Below, piece after piece: positions 1 through 13,400 of a DNA stretch of 64,000 nt. Both the position numbers and the translations under genes were made by a program. Source of the DNA: Anaeramoeba ignava BMAN (Eukaryota; Protista; Anaeramoebae); contig JAPDFW010000140.1 of NCBI GenBank assembly GCA_028826165.1, positions 1 through 64,000 on the forward strand, given 5' to 3'. Under the pieces are notes generated by a model. It searched no databases, was not told the DNA's origin, and saw only the letters and a program-made list of their open reading frames with translations. Numbering within the stretch: position 1 is the first letter of the stretch; every line of letters begins with the position of its first letter.

Positions 1-3000
1 GAATTCTTTTGTCTCATTTCTTCATTTTCATTTTTAATTGTTTGGTTTTCTTTTTTTAATATTTTATTTTCATTTTCATATTCATTTTGTAAAGAAGGTT
101 TTGTGATAATTTGACTTCTTGATAAATAATTTGATTGATTTGCTGTATTATCAAATCTTCCAGAATTAGATTTAAGTTTGAAATTTAGACTATCTGCAAA
201 TTGACTATTATTTCTTTTTCTAAAATCAAAATAACTTTTGAACTTCTTTTCAAAAAATGAGGATATTCAATTTCTATTGGTTTTTCAATTCCATATTTGG
301 GAATAACTCTTATTGAACTTCTGAATAAATCATCAATATTATCATTATCATTATCATTATCATCATCAATATAATTATAATTATCTAAATCTTTTGCTTC
401 ATTTAATTCTCTTTTAGTTTGGTTTCTCATATTTTCAAGATGTTTAATTTGTTGATCAATTTCATTTTTCAATAATTTATTAGTTTCTAAAAAGTTCAAT
501 CATTTTTATCAATATCTCTTTTTCTAATTCTTCTTTCATATTTTGAATTGCTTTGTTTCATTTCTTGATCATTTTCCTCCACCAGAATTTAGTTTACGAA
601 TTAATATACTTTTGCTGTTGGTTTTAATGATGATTTTGTTGATCAAACCAAATTCTTCATTTTCAATTTTTGTTGTTTAAGTTTTTAATAATTTATCTTT
701 GAGATGATCTTCTTGTTGAGAATCTTGTTCAGTTTGTGTATATTTTGATTCTTTTCTCTTTTAATTTTTCCAAATCTTTGGATAATTTTGCATTTGCATT
801 TTTCATTCTTCATCTTTTTGTAAAAGTTCTGTTTCAAGCATTTTTTTCTTCAAATCATTTGTTGTAAGAAATCTTCATCAATTTCTTCTTGATTAAGCAT
901 TTCAAGTTCTTCTCTTTTTCTTTCTTTTTTTCTTTTTCCAATTCTTCATTAACTTCTGCTTTTTCAAGTATTTTTGTTTAATTTTTGTTAATTTCTTTTT
1001 GCAATTCAATAATTTCAGTTTTTACTTTCAATTTTTCCTTTTTGTTTTCCATTTCTAATTCTTTGGATTTGATTTGCTCATCTAATTGTTTTAGTTTTTC
1101 TTTTTATTTTTAATTATTTCCAATAAATCTCTCTCAAATTCTTCAAGTTTTTGTTGTTCTCCATTTTCATTTTCATTTCCATCTTTTGAACTTTTTCTTT
1201 TTGCATTTTTCTAATTCTTCATTTTTAATTTCCATTTTCTTTTTTAATTCCATTTTTCATTTTTCAATTTTTAAATTCATCATTTAATTTATCCAATTCT
1301 TTTTGTAATTCTCCTTTTCATTAACAAGTTTTTGTAGATTTTCTTTTTGTTCTTTTTTTAATTTTTGTTTTCATTTTTTGTAATTTGAGATTGAATTTAA
1401 AAATTGCTCTTTTTGTTTCTGAATTTGTAATTTTTCTTCTTCAGAAGTTAAGGGTTTATTCATACTATTTTCTTGTAAATCACGAATTTGTTCTTCTTCA
1501 TAATTTTTGATTTTCATTTCAAGTTGGCTAATAATAGATTGATCTGTTTGTATTTCTTGTTCAACCATAACCTTTTCTTTTGATTGTTATTATTGTTATT
1601 GTTTTTGTTGAATCATCATTGCCTTTTCATATTCACAATTTTGTTCAAGTTGTGATTGTTGTTGAATAATTGCATCTTTCATTTTATCAAGAAATCTATT
1701 GATGGAATATTTTCAAATTCAGCAAATTCAGGATCAACAACTTTCAATTCTATTATTGCATTCTTTTTGGAATCCAATTCCATTTTCTCTTGTTTTAAAT
1801 TATGTATTCGTGTTTCATTTTTGATTTTTGATTTAATAAAATTAATTGGTTTCTCATTTCCTTTTATTTCTTTTTCTTGTTGAGAACTAAAAATTCTTCT
1901 GTATTTTGTTGATTGATCAATCATTACAACTGTTGGTTTTTCAAGACTTTGTGATCTAAAATGAGCAATTGATTCTTGGAGTATTTCTCCTCCAAACCCT
2001 GTTTCAATTAAATCTTCTTGTTGTTCTGTTAATTCGTTAATTTCTTGTCTTTGTTTTTCAATGATACTATCTTTTTCCCTTAATAAACTTGTTAATTGAT
2101 TTAATTTCTGTTCAATCATTCTTGATTTTACTGGATTTTCTGTGATTGTTTCTTTTCCGTCTAATGGCAAAGTATCCTCCTTTTCTGTTAATTCTTCATT
2201 AAATTCCTCTTTGATTTTCTTGTATTTTTCCTCTTCTTGAATAATTTGTGATTGTGTAAATTGTTTTTCTTTTTGGAGTTGTTGAATTTGTTCTTGTGCT
2301 TTTTGTCCAAATGTTGTGATTCTATTCAATTCTGTTTCAAGTGATTCAAGAATTTTTTGAGGTTTTTCTTTTTCGAATTTCTGAAGTTGTTTATTATCGA
2401 TAACATTAGATAAAATTGGTTTAATAATTTGGAAATCATCCTGATTAATTTGAGCAATAGGAGTTTTTATTTTTTTATTTTCTTGTTCAAGTTCTGCATA
2501 ATATTTATCCAATCTTTTCTTTTTATTATTAATATTTTGCAGTTCTTCTTCTATTGCTTGCATTTCTTTTTCAATTTGATTTTTCGGTAGATAAAGAGTT
2601 TCCTTTTTCCAAAATTGAATTATTTGATTTCATATCAGAATATAATTTCTTTTTCTTCAAGAATTTCCTTAAGTTTATTAGTATTTTTCATTTTCCAATC
2701 TAACAAGTTGAATATTTTCCATTTCTTGAATTTTGGGTTTGTGTTTCCTGTGTCTTTTATATAATCAGCTGTTTGTTTTTCCATAATATTTTCATTACAA
2801 TAACTCCTTTTTCTAATTCTCTTTTTAAATTCAATTCATTTTTGTTTTGCTTTTTAAGATGATATATTTCTTGTTCTTTTTCATTTTGAAATGTTTTCAA
2901 AAATGTTTTCTTTTGATTATCAAATTTTTCAATATTTTCAATAAATTCAAGAGATTTTTTTGCTCTTGGTTTTTTATAATCCATTATCTTGTTGTAAAGG

Positions 3001-4951
3001 AATTTGATTAAAACAATAGAAGGACCCTAATTTAAATTTAATTTTAATTTTAATTTTAATTTTTGATTTTAATTTTAATTTTAATTTTAAATTTTAATTT
3101 TAATTTTAATTTTAATTTTAATTTTAATTTAAATTTTAATTTAATTTTAATTTAATTTTAATTTTAATTTTAATTTTAATTTTAATTTTAATTTTAATTT
3201 AATTTAAATTTTAATTTAATTTAATTTTAATTTAATTTGAATTTATTTTAATTTTAATTTAATTTTAAATTTAATTTTAAATTTAATTTTAATTTAATTT
3301 GATTTAAATTTTATTTAATTTTAATTTAAATTTTAATTTAATTTTAATTTGATTTAATTTTAATTTTAATTTTAATTTAATTTAATTTTAATTTTAATTT
3401 TAATTTTAATTTAAATTTTAATTTGATTTTGATTTAATTTTATTTTAATTTTATTTTAATTTTAGATTTTCTACATCAGAAGTTTGTTTCCAAGTAAAAG
3501 CTCCACCAAATTCATTCCAATCTCCTTGAAATGATTGATCAATTTTATAAAATGCTAATTCTTGTTGAACTGAATAAAGAAGTTCACATGTATTTGTTAG
3601 TTCTTTTGTTTTTTTCACAAGTAATCCTGATTTAGTTCTTAATTGTTCTTTAACAAGATTATTTTCATGTGATAATTTATTATTTTCAGAAATTATTTTT
3701 GATAATTCTTCTTCTTGATCTTCAAATTTTTCTGATAATTCATCGTATTGTTTTTTGAGTTTAGAATATTTTTGATTTAAATTTTTAAATCTTCTTCAAG
3801 TTTGTTTTTTAATTCTTGTCTTCTAAATCTTTGATTTGCATGTTCTCTCATTTCATCAGAAACAGGAATTTCATTATATTTTTTTAAATTAGGTAAATAA
3901 AATATGACAAAATCTTGACAATGATCAAGTTCTGAAATTGGATTATTTTGAATTGATAAAATAGATAAATTTGAAATTTCTTTTAAATGAATGATATCTC
4001 TCAACTAAAATCAAATCAAAATTAAAATTATTTAAAATATTTAAAAATATTAAAATATTAAAAATTATTTAAAATATTAAAAAATATTTAAAATATTTTT
4101 TAAAATACATTTGTAAGGTTATTATTATTAAGTTTTAATTCTGTTAAATTGGATAATTTTTTAATTGAAGGTGTTATTCTTGTTATTTTATTTCCTGATA
4201 AATTTAAAACTTCAAGATGAATTAAATGATCTATTCCTTGAATTATTGAAATTTCATTATCACTTAAATCAAGAACCTTTAATTGAATTAAATTCTTTAA
4301 TCCATAAATCTTTTCAATAGAATTTCCATTTAAATTTAATTCTTTTAAATTTTTAAACCATCAAGTTTTTCAATATACTTTTTAAATTTAAAAAATTTTA
4401 ATTTTAATTTTTAATTTTTTAATTTTAATTTTAATTTTAATTTTTTAATTTTAAATTTTAATTTTAATTTTAATTTTAATTTTGAATTTAATTTTAAATT
4501 TACATGAATTGAACCTTCTTCTTTCTTATTTAAATGTAAATTTAATTCTATTATATCTAATAAATTCTCTTTCTTTTGATTTCTTCTTAATTAATTCTTC
4601 TGTAATATAACAAGGAAAATATTGAACTCCATTTCTTTTTTTTTAAAAAATTAATAAAATTAAAAGAAGAAAAATTTTTTTTTAATTTAAATTTTTTAAT
4701 TTAAATTTTTTTTTTTACGGTGTTTTGTTATTTAATGTTGATATTCTTTTTCTTGTACTTTTTTTTCGATTTGATAAAATATCGTTATTATTATTATTAT
4801 CGTTATTATTATTGTTATTTTTATTATTATTATTTTTGATATTTTTGTTTGGATTTTGATTTTTATTATTTTTTTTAATTAATTTATTTGTTTTTCTTTT
4901 TGGTTTTATTTCTCTTTTTGTTAAATCCATTGATTTTGAATTTTGTGACAT
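1..4951 (-). CDS. CNTRL: Centriolin/CEP110-like LRR plus long coiled-coil protein (runs off window start; many 1-nt frameshifts, either assembly errors or pseudogene)
   Basis: Inferred exons 4951-4719, 4634-4504, 4377-4109, 4004-3475, 3026-<1 with GT..AG introns. Spliced N-terminus GVQYFPCYITEELIKKKSK..ENLLDIIELNL..YIEKLDGLKNLKELNLNGNSIEKI..QNNPISELDHCQDFVIFYLPNLKKYN..REHANQRF resembles the centriolin LRR/LRRcap (YITEALIKK..NPVVTLPHYLQFTIFHL), followed by E/K/Q-rich coiled coil broken across several ORFs. Confidence 0.7.
3027..3474. repeat. (ATTTTA)n microsatellite filling an intron of the centriolin-like gene
   Basis: Hexamer repeat between minus-strand GT (3474) and AG (3027). Confidence 0.85.
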
Positions 4952-4992
4952 GAAAGCGTTATTTTATTTTAAAATAAAAAAATTTAAAAAAA

Positions 4993-5026
4993 AATGAAAA
5001 AAAATGAAAAAAAAAATGAAAAAAAA
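4993..5026 (-). promoter_or_regulatory. Tandem TCATTTTT initiator (Inr)-like motifs upstream of centriolin-like gene
   Basis: Plus strand aaatgaaaaaaaatgaaaaaaaaaatgaaaaa, i.e. three TCATTT on the gene strand ~45-70 nt before the ATG. Confidence 0.55.
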
Positions 5027-5039
5027 TAAAATTTTTTCA

Positions 5040-5580
5040 ATTTACGAAATCAACAAAAATTTAATCAATTCCATTCCACTTTTTTTATTTTATTTTATTT
5101 TTAAATCAATTCTAAAACAAAAATTTAATCAAATCAATTCCACTTTTTTCTTTTTTATTCCATTTTTAAATCAATTCCAAAATAAAAATTTAATCAAATC
5201 AATTCCACTTTTTTATTTCATTTCATTTTTAAATCAATTCCAAAATAAAATTAATTCAATTCCATTCCACTTTTTTATTTTATTTCATTTTTAAATCAAT
5301 TCCAAAATAAAAATTAATTCAATTCAATTCCACTTTTTTCTTTTTTATTCCATTGTTTAATTCAAAATTCAAAACAAAAATTTAATCAATTCAATTCCAC
5401 TTTTTTTATTTCATTTCATTTTTAAATCAATTTTAAAATAAAATTAATTCAAATTAAATCAAAAATCAAATCAAATCGATTCAATTCCACTTTTTTATTT
5501 CATTTCATTTTTAAATCAATTCCGAAATCAACAAAAATTTAATCAAATCAATTCCACTTTTTTCTTTTTTATTCCATTGT
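5040..5580. repeat. Imperfect ~62-66 bp tandem repeat containing ATTCCACTTTTT
   Basis: ttccac recurs at about 5075, 5138, 5204, 5266, 5328, 5395. Confidence 0.7.
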
Positions 5581-7870
5581 TTAATTCAATTTATTCTATT
5601 TATTTTGAATTAAATTTATTTTATTTTTTAATTAAATTTATTCTATTTATTTTCAATTAAATTTATTCCATTTTTTGAATTAAATTTATTCTATTTATTT
5701 TTAATTAAATTTATTTTATTTTTTGAATTAAATTTATTCCACTTTTTTAATTAAATTTATTCCACTTTTTGAATTAAATTTATTCCATTTATTTTTAATT
5801 AAATTTATTTTATTTTTTGAATTAAATTTATTCCACTTTTTTAATTAAATTTATTCCATTTATTTTTAATTAAATTTATTTTATTTTTTGAATTAAATTT
5901 ATTCCACTTTTTCAATTAAATTTATTTTATTTATTTTCAATTAAATTTATTCCATTTATTTTCAATTAAATTTATTCTACTTTTTGAATTAAATTTATTT
6001 TATTTATTTTCAATTAAATTTATTCCATTTATTTTGAATTAAATTTATTCCATTTATTTTGAATTAAATTTATTCCACTTTTTGAATTAAATTTATTCTT
6101 TTTATTTTGAATTAAATTTATTCTATTTATTTTGAATTAAATTTATTCCATTTTTTCAATTAAATTTATTTTATTTTTCTAATTAAATTTATTCCATTTT
6201 TTGAATTAAATTTATTCTATTTATTTTTAATTAAATTTATTCCATTTATTGAATTAAATTTATTCTATTTTTTTTGAATTAAATTTATTCCATTTTTTTT
6301 GAATTAAATTTATTCCACTTTTTGAATTAAATTTATTCCACTTTTTGAATTAAATTTATTCCACTTTTTGAATTAAATTTATTCTATTTATTTTCAATTA
6401 AATTTATTCTACTTATTTTCAATTAAATTTATTTTATTTATTTTCAATTAAATTTATTCCATTTATTCAATTAAATTTATTCCATTTTTTCAATTAAATT
6501 TATTTCATTTTTTCAATTAAATTTATTCCATTTATTTTCAATTAAATTTATTCCATTTTTTGAATTAAATTTATTCTATTTATTTTGAATTAAATTTATT
6601 TTATTTCCAATTAAATTTATTCCACTTTTTGAATTAAATTTATTCCATTTTTTTTCAATTAAATTTATTCTTTTTATTTTCAATTAAATTTATTCCACTT
6701 TTTGAATTAAATTTATTCCACTTTTCCAATTAAATTTATTCTATTATTTTCAATTAAATTTATTCCATTTATTTTCAATTAAATTTATTCCATTTATTTT
6801 CAATTAAATTTATTCCACTTTTCCAATTAAATTTATTCCATTTATTTTCAATTAAATTTATTCTATTTATTTTGAATTAAATTTATTCTATTTATTTTCA
6901 ATTAAATTTATTCCACTTTTTGAATTAAATTTATTCCAATTTTTTAATTAAATTTATTCTTTTTATTTTCAATTAAATTTATTCCACTTTTTGAATTAAA
7001 TTTATTCCACTTTTTGAATTAAATTTATTCCACTTTTTTTTCAATTAAATTTATTCTATTTTTTCAATTAAATTTATTCCACTTTTTGAATTAAATTTAT
7101 TCCACTTTTTGAATTAAATTTATTCCACTTTTTTTTCAATTAAATTTATTCCACTTTTTGAATTAAATTTATTCTATTTATTTTCAATTAAATTTATTCC
7201 ACTTTTTGAATTAAATTTATTTTATTTTTTGAATTAAATTTATTCTATTTTTTCAATTAAATTTATTTTATTTTTTTTCAATTAAATTTATTTTATTTAT
7301 TTTGAATTAAATTTATTCTATTTATTTTCAATTAAATTTATTCCACTTTTTCAATTAAATTTATTTTATTTTTTTTCAATTAAATTTATTCCATTTTTCT
7401 AATTAAATTTATTCTATTTATTTCAATTAAATTTATTCCAATTTTTTAATTAAATTTATTCCATTTATTCAATTAAATTTATTCCACTTATTTTCAATTA
7501 AATTTATTCCATTTATTTTCAATTAAATTTATTCTATTTTTTCAATTAAATTTATTCCACTTTTTGAATTAAATTTATTCCATTTATTTTTTCAATTAAA
7601 TTTATTTTATTTATTTTTAATTAAATTTATTCTATTTATTTTTAATTAAATTTATTCTATTTATTCAATTAAATTTATTCTATTTATTTTTAATTAAATT
7701 TATTTTATTTATTTTCAATTAAATTTATTCCATTTATATTCAATTAAATTTATTTTATTTATTTTTAATTAAATTTATTCTATTTATTTTTAATTAAATT
7801 TATTCCATTTATTCAATTAAATTTATTCCACTTTTCCAATTAAATTTATTCTATTATTTTCAATTAAATT
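5581..7870. repeat. Minisatellite, 23-26 bp unit AATTAAATTTATT(C/T)(C/T)A(C/T)TT..(G/C), roughly 95 copies
   Basis: Invariant AATTAAATTTATT core with a short variable T-rich tail, between divergent genes. Confidence 0.95.
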
Positions 7871-8025
7871 TTTTTTGAATTAAATTTTTTTTGATTTCAT
7901 TTTTTTTGATTTCATTTTTTTTATCTAATTGTTTTGTTTTGTTTTGTTTCTTTTTATAATTGTTAATTTTAAAAACAAATTGTTATTGTTATTTTTGCAT
8001 TTTATTATCAAAAATCAAAATATAA

Positions 8026-9604
8026 ATGGAAAAACCAAAAGAAGAAAAAAAATTCATTCAAAAAATGAAGTATCGACATGCATTTCAATCACGACCTTCA
8101 ATGATTGAAGAAGCGCCTAACCCAAGAACAATATCAACTGGAGCTCGAAACCTAGGCATGGTTCTTTTGATACTTGTTTTTGTGGAGAAAATTGTATCGA
8201 ATGTTGAAAAAGGTGAACCAATGGTTGATTTACATTTACTTTTTCATCTGACTTCAGGATTGATTAGTGTTCTATTTATTACATTTGTATCTGATTCATT
8301 ATTCTTGCTTTAGAAATATTTCTCTTTCTTTTTTTCTATTATTAACTTATTCATTGTTTCTTCCATTTTTTTTATTTTTTGTCATTTTAGATAATGACCG
8401 TTTGGTGTTTTAATATTTTTTTTATTGAAAAGCTTTTAATTAAAGAAGTCATTTCGGAAAAAATCGCTTATATCGTATATTCAATTAGTCAAATCATATT
8501 ATTCTCTGTACCAACTTATTTTGCACTTACTTGGAATTTATCAATCGGTAAAAATCTTATTTTAAAAAATTTTTTGCTTTTTTTTTTCAAATTTTTGCTT
8601 TTTTCTTAAAAATTTTTTTCTTCATTCTCCTTTCATTTTTTTTCAATAATTTCCTTTAATATATCATTTCAAAAACTCTTTTTCAATTTAATCTTCAAAA
8701 TGATTCAAAAGTGAGTCGAGGATCAGTTTCACTTCAAATGGCAGTTTATTTGATGAAAACTCATTCATTTTTTTTCACCAACCGAAAAAGAATTAAAAAG
8801 AAAATGAACAACGAACCAGAGAAGAAGAAGAATGAAGAAAAAAAAGAAACGAAAGAAGAAGAAGCGAAGAGCACGAAATACAAATACGAACCAAGCAAAA
8901 ACACAGTTCAACATTTTACGTTATTTTTATTATATCCAACACTTGTTTATGAACAAGAATATCCACGAACCAAAAAAAGAAGTTGGAAATCAATTGCGAA
9001 GTATTTATCATTGATGATTGGAAGCTTCTTTCTTTTATATTTGAATATCAATTATTTTATGATTCCCGCGTTTAAAGAAGCATTAGAAAAGAATTTTATC
9101 CGAATCATGATCAAACTTGCAGTTCCTTCAGTTCTTTCTTGGTTGTTATTATTTTTCGGTGTTTTTCATTGCTTACTCAATTTGATTGCAGAATTCTTCA
9201 TGTTTGCCGATCGCAAGTTTTATAGCGATTGGTGGAATGCGAAAACATTTGATGAATTTTGGAACAAATGGAATACTTTAGTTTATGAATGGTTTCATCG
9301 ACATATTTATCTTGATTCAATGACTGATATGAATATTCCAAGGCCTTTGGCTATGGTTCTTGTTTTTTTAGTTTCTGCTCTTTGGCATGAGTTTATTATT
9401 TCTACTTCGTTCTTGTTTTTCCGTCCTTATATGGCTGCTTCAATGATGGGTCAATTTAGTGTCATTTATTTTACTAAGATCCCTTTTATTCGTGATTCTG
9501 GTTTGGGAAATATTGTTTTGTGGTTGTGTTTAACTGTTGGTCAATCTATTGTTTATATTGGTTATTCCCTTTTTTATTTTTCGAAATTTCCCATTCAAAA
9601 TTAA
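8026..9604 (+). CDS. MBOAT sterol O-acyltransferase (ACAT/SOAT; DGAT1-related)
   Basis: Exons 8026-8286, 8391-8547, 8712-9604 join in frame; motifs MKTHSF, PTLVYEQEYPRT, FADRKFYSDWWNA and catalytic His in SALWHE. Confidence 0.9.
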
Positions 9605-9950
9605 AAACGAAATTAAAAATGAAATTAAAATTAAAATTAAAATTGAAATTAAAAATGAAATTGAAATTGAAATTAAAATTAAAATCAAATTAAAATTAAA
9701 ATTAAAATCAAAAATGAAATTCATTTATGAAATTAAAATTAAAATTAAAATTAAAATTAAAATTAAAATTAAAATTAAAATTCAAATTAAAATTAAAATT
9801 AAAATTAAAATTAAAATTAAAATTAAAATTAAAATTAAAATTAAAATTAAAATTAAAATTAAAATTAAAATTAAAATTAAAATTAAAATTAAAATTAAAA
9901 TTAAAATTAAAATTAAAATTAAAATTAAAATTAAAATTAAAATTAAAAAT
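9605..9950. repeat. (AAAATT)n microsatellite downstream of ACAT
   Basis: Near-perfect hexamer run. Confidence 0.9.
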
Positions 9951-10189
9951 GAAATCGGATAAAATTTCAACTCAAAAAATTTCTTTTCAAAAATCAAAAA
10001 TGAAAAACAAATTTTTCTTTTCTTTTTTTTTCTTTTTTTCTTTTTTCTTTTTTTCTTTTGGATTAATTGATTTGGTTTTTGATCTTAAAAAACCTTCAAA
10101 TCAGAAACTGATAAAAGAAGGAAATTTTTTTTAAAAAAAAAACAAGGAAGATTTTTAATTGAAGAAGGAATTCGGACTATGAATTTTCT

Positions 10190-10470
10190 TTTTTGAATTA
10201 TTTCTTTTGAATTATTTTTTTGTAAATTATTTAAATTATTTTTTTTTTGAATTATTTCTTTTTTGTATTATTTCTTTTTTATATTATTTTTTGTAAATTA
10301 TTTCTTGTAAATTATTTCTTGTAAATTATTTCTTTTTTGAATTATTTCTTTTTTGAATTATTTTTGTATTATTTTTTTTTAAATTATTTCTTTTAAATTA
10401 TTTTTTTTAAATTATTTTTTTTGAATTATTTCTTGTAAATTATTTCTTGTAAATTATTTCTTTGTTAAAT
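10190..10470. repeat. Imperfect ~14-16 bp repeat AATTATTT(C)TT(G/T)..
   Basis: aattatttcttgta / aattatttcttttttg units. Confidence 0.7.
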
Positions 10471-10484
10471 TAAATTATATTAAA

Positions 10485-13400
10485 TTAAATGTGTGAAATT
10501 TGAACAGGAGTTTTCTTTCCATTAACAAGCACACAATCCAAAATACCAATTTCTTCATTAACAACAATAACAAGCGCTGAAGGTTCTTTTGCTGAAAATT
10601 CTGAACCTAATTTTTCACCTTTTGCAAACATAATTTTTGAAATTCCTTGAGGAATATTTGAAATACTTGCGATTTGTCCATCACAAACTTCAATTTTAAG
10701 AGCATTTTTATCAAGTTTTATTGGAGGTGATTGTAGTGTAACTTTTTCTGATTTTTCTTCTTCTGTTCTTTGAGGTGATTTTGATAATCCTGGTTGTTTT
10801 CCTAAAGAGGGACCTCTTGTTTTTGTGTTTTGCATTGGACTTCTTCTTTTTGGTATTTGTTGAGCAACAAATGGATTTTGTGAAAATGCATTTGGTGGAT
10901 TTGTTTCTTTTTTTGGAAATTCTTGTTTTGGTGGAATTTCTTTTTTAGGAAATGTTTTTTTAGGAAATGTTTTTGGTGGAAATTCTTGTTTTGGTTGTTC
11001 TTGATTTTGAATTTCTTGATTTTGAACTTCTTGATTTTGAATTTCTTGTTTTTGAACTTCTTGTTTTGGTGGAAATTCTTGTTTGGGTGGAAATTCTTGT
11101 TTTGGTGGAATGTCTTGTTTTTGAATTTCTGGTTTTGGTGGAAATTCTTGTTTTTGAATTTCTGGTTTTGGTGGAAATTCTTGTTTTGGAATTATTTCTT
11201 GAATTGGTGGAGTTTCTTGATTTGGTGGAAATTCTTGAATTGGTGGAATTTCTTTTTTTGGTGGTAATTCTTTTTTTGGTGGTAATTCTTGCGGTTGTGA
11301 TGGCACTTTTCTTAATTTTGGTTGTTCTATTGGTACTGATGTTTCTGATGGTAATGTTTTTGTTTTTTGTATTCCAAGTGGTTGTTCTGGTTCTTTCGTT
11401 TCTTCTTCCTTTGGTTCTTCTTTTTTGTCCTTTTTTCTTGTTGGTCTTCTTTTTTTTTGATTTCTTGATCTTCTTATGGGTTTTTTAACTGTTTCAAGTT
11501 TTGTAACAGCTTCTGTAGTTTGTTGAATTTGTTCAGCAATTATTTCTTCTTCGGTCTTTTTTATTTTTTTTTTTTCAATTAATTTTCATGTTTTAGGTTA
11601 ATTTTCGGTTAAATATTTTTTCTTTCATGTTTTTATTTAATTTATGAATATTTTCATTTAGTTTTCATGTTTTTTAATTTTATTTTTAATATTTTTTTTT
11701 CATTTCAAAAAAAAATACCTTCGCTCTTTCGACAAAATCTCCTGGAAAATAACCTTCCTCTAAAGTATCTACACGAGCACCATAAAACCAACCTTCGCCA
11801 GCATCTTCATAAAAAAACAATTCAGTGCCCAGTTCGAGCTGTAATTGACCTTCATCTTCTGGAAAAAATTCTCCAATAGCAATCATTTTGACAGGCTGCT
11901 CTTCTTGAGGTGTATTTAAAGTTTCCTCTAAAATTCTCTCTATGCTTTGCTCACGCTTTTCATCCTCGAGTTTAGTGCTGAGAGTTTCAAGAGAAACATC
12001 AGGGATTTTATCTGGAGGACGAGGAGTTATGTCGGATAATTTGGGTCTAGCCATACTCATCGGACGCATTCCCATTGGTGATTTTCCAGCAAAAAGAGCT
12101 TCCAAATTAGCTTTTCGGCTGCTATGTTCTTGTTTAGAGATTCCAGTGGAAACTGTTGAACTTCTGAGTCTACCTTTTCGTTGTTGTTCTTCATCAGGAT
12201 TTGTTGGTTTAAGAAATCCGAGTTTATTCGGATCTATTTTTCCTGTCGACCGTTTTTCATCTGGTCCGCGTCCGCTTTGTTCTCTTCGCCCCATATTTTG
12301 TGGTCCTCCTCCTCGTCGTGCTCTTCCTCTTACGGGCAAAGTTGGTGGTTGTTGTTGTTCATTTCTATTTTGTTCTTGTGGTGATGGCATTCGTGCTCTT
12401 CGTGCTCTTCCTCTTACTGGTAATGTTGGTGGTTGATCTCCTTGGTTTTGTTCTTGTGGTAATGGCATCCGTGAACGTGGTCCTCCTCGTCGTGCTCTTC
12501 CTCTTACTGGTAATGTTGGTGGTTGATCTCCTTGGTTTTGTTCTTTAATTCAAAAATTTTCCATTTAAAATGAATTTATATTTGAATTTATATTTGAATT
12601 TAAAATTAATTTATATTTGAATTTATATTTAAATTTAATTTATATTTAAATTTAAAATTAATTTATATTTAAATTTAAAATTAATTTATATTTAAATTTA
12701 AAATTAATTTATATTTAAATTTAAAATTAATTTATATTTAAATTTAAAATTAATTTATATTTAAATTTAAAATTAATTTATATTTAAATTTAAAATTAAT
12801 TTATATTTAAATTTATATTTAAAATTAATTTATATTTAAATTTAAAATTAATTTATATTTAAATTTAAAATTAATTTATATTTAAATTTAAAATTAATTT
12901 ATATTTAAGTTTAAAATTAATTTATATTTAAGTTTATATTAATTTATATTTAAATTTATATTTAAAATTAATTTATATTTAAATTTAAAATTAATTTATA
13001 TTTATATTTAAGTTTATATTAATTTATATTTAAATTTAAAATTAATTTATATTTAAATTTAAAATTAATTTATATTTAAATTTAAAATTAATTTATATTT
13101 AAATTTAAAATTAATTTATATTTAAATTTAAAATTTAATTTATATTTAAATTTTATATTTAAATTTAATTTATATTTAAATTTAAAATTAATTTATATTT
13201 AAATTTATATTTAAAATTAATTTATATTTAAATTTAAAATTAATTTATATTTATATTTAAGTTTAAAATTAATTTATATTTAAGTTTAAAAATTAATTTA
13301 TATTTGAATTTAAATTTAATTTATATTTAAATTTAAAATTAATTTATATTTAAATTTAAATTTATATTTATATTTAAAATTAATTTATATTTAAATTTAA

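Noticed and set aside
4715-4951. Separate small N-rich gene
   Set aside because: Ends at a GT donor and splices in frame as exon 1 of the centriolin-like gene
5581-7870. Constant core plus variable tail resembling a CRISPR array
   Set aside because: Variable parts are ~10-nt T-rich variants of each other rather than unique spacers; eukaryotic context with no cas genes
9537-10134. Poly-IK/KL/IL ORFs here and at 25663-26311, 39517-40477, 48953-49972, 51319-51810
   Set aside because: Translations of hexamer microsatellites in introns or UTRs
10923-12548. Plus-strand W/F/L-rich and R/S-rich ORFs
   Set aside because: Antisense shadows of the SH3 adaptor exons
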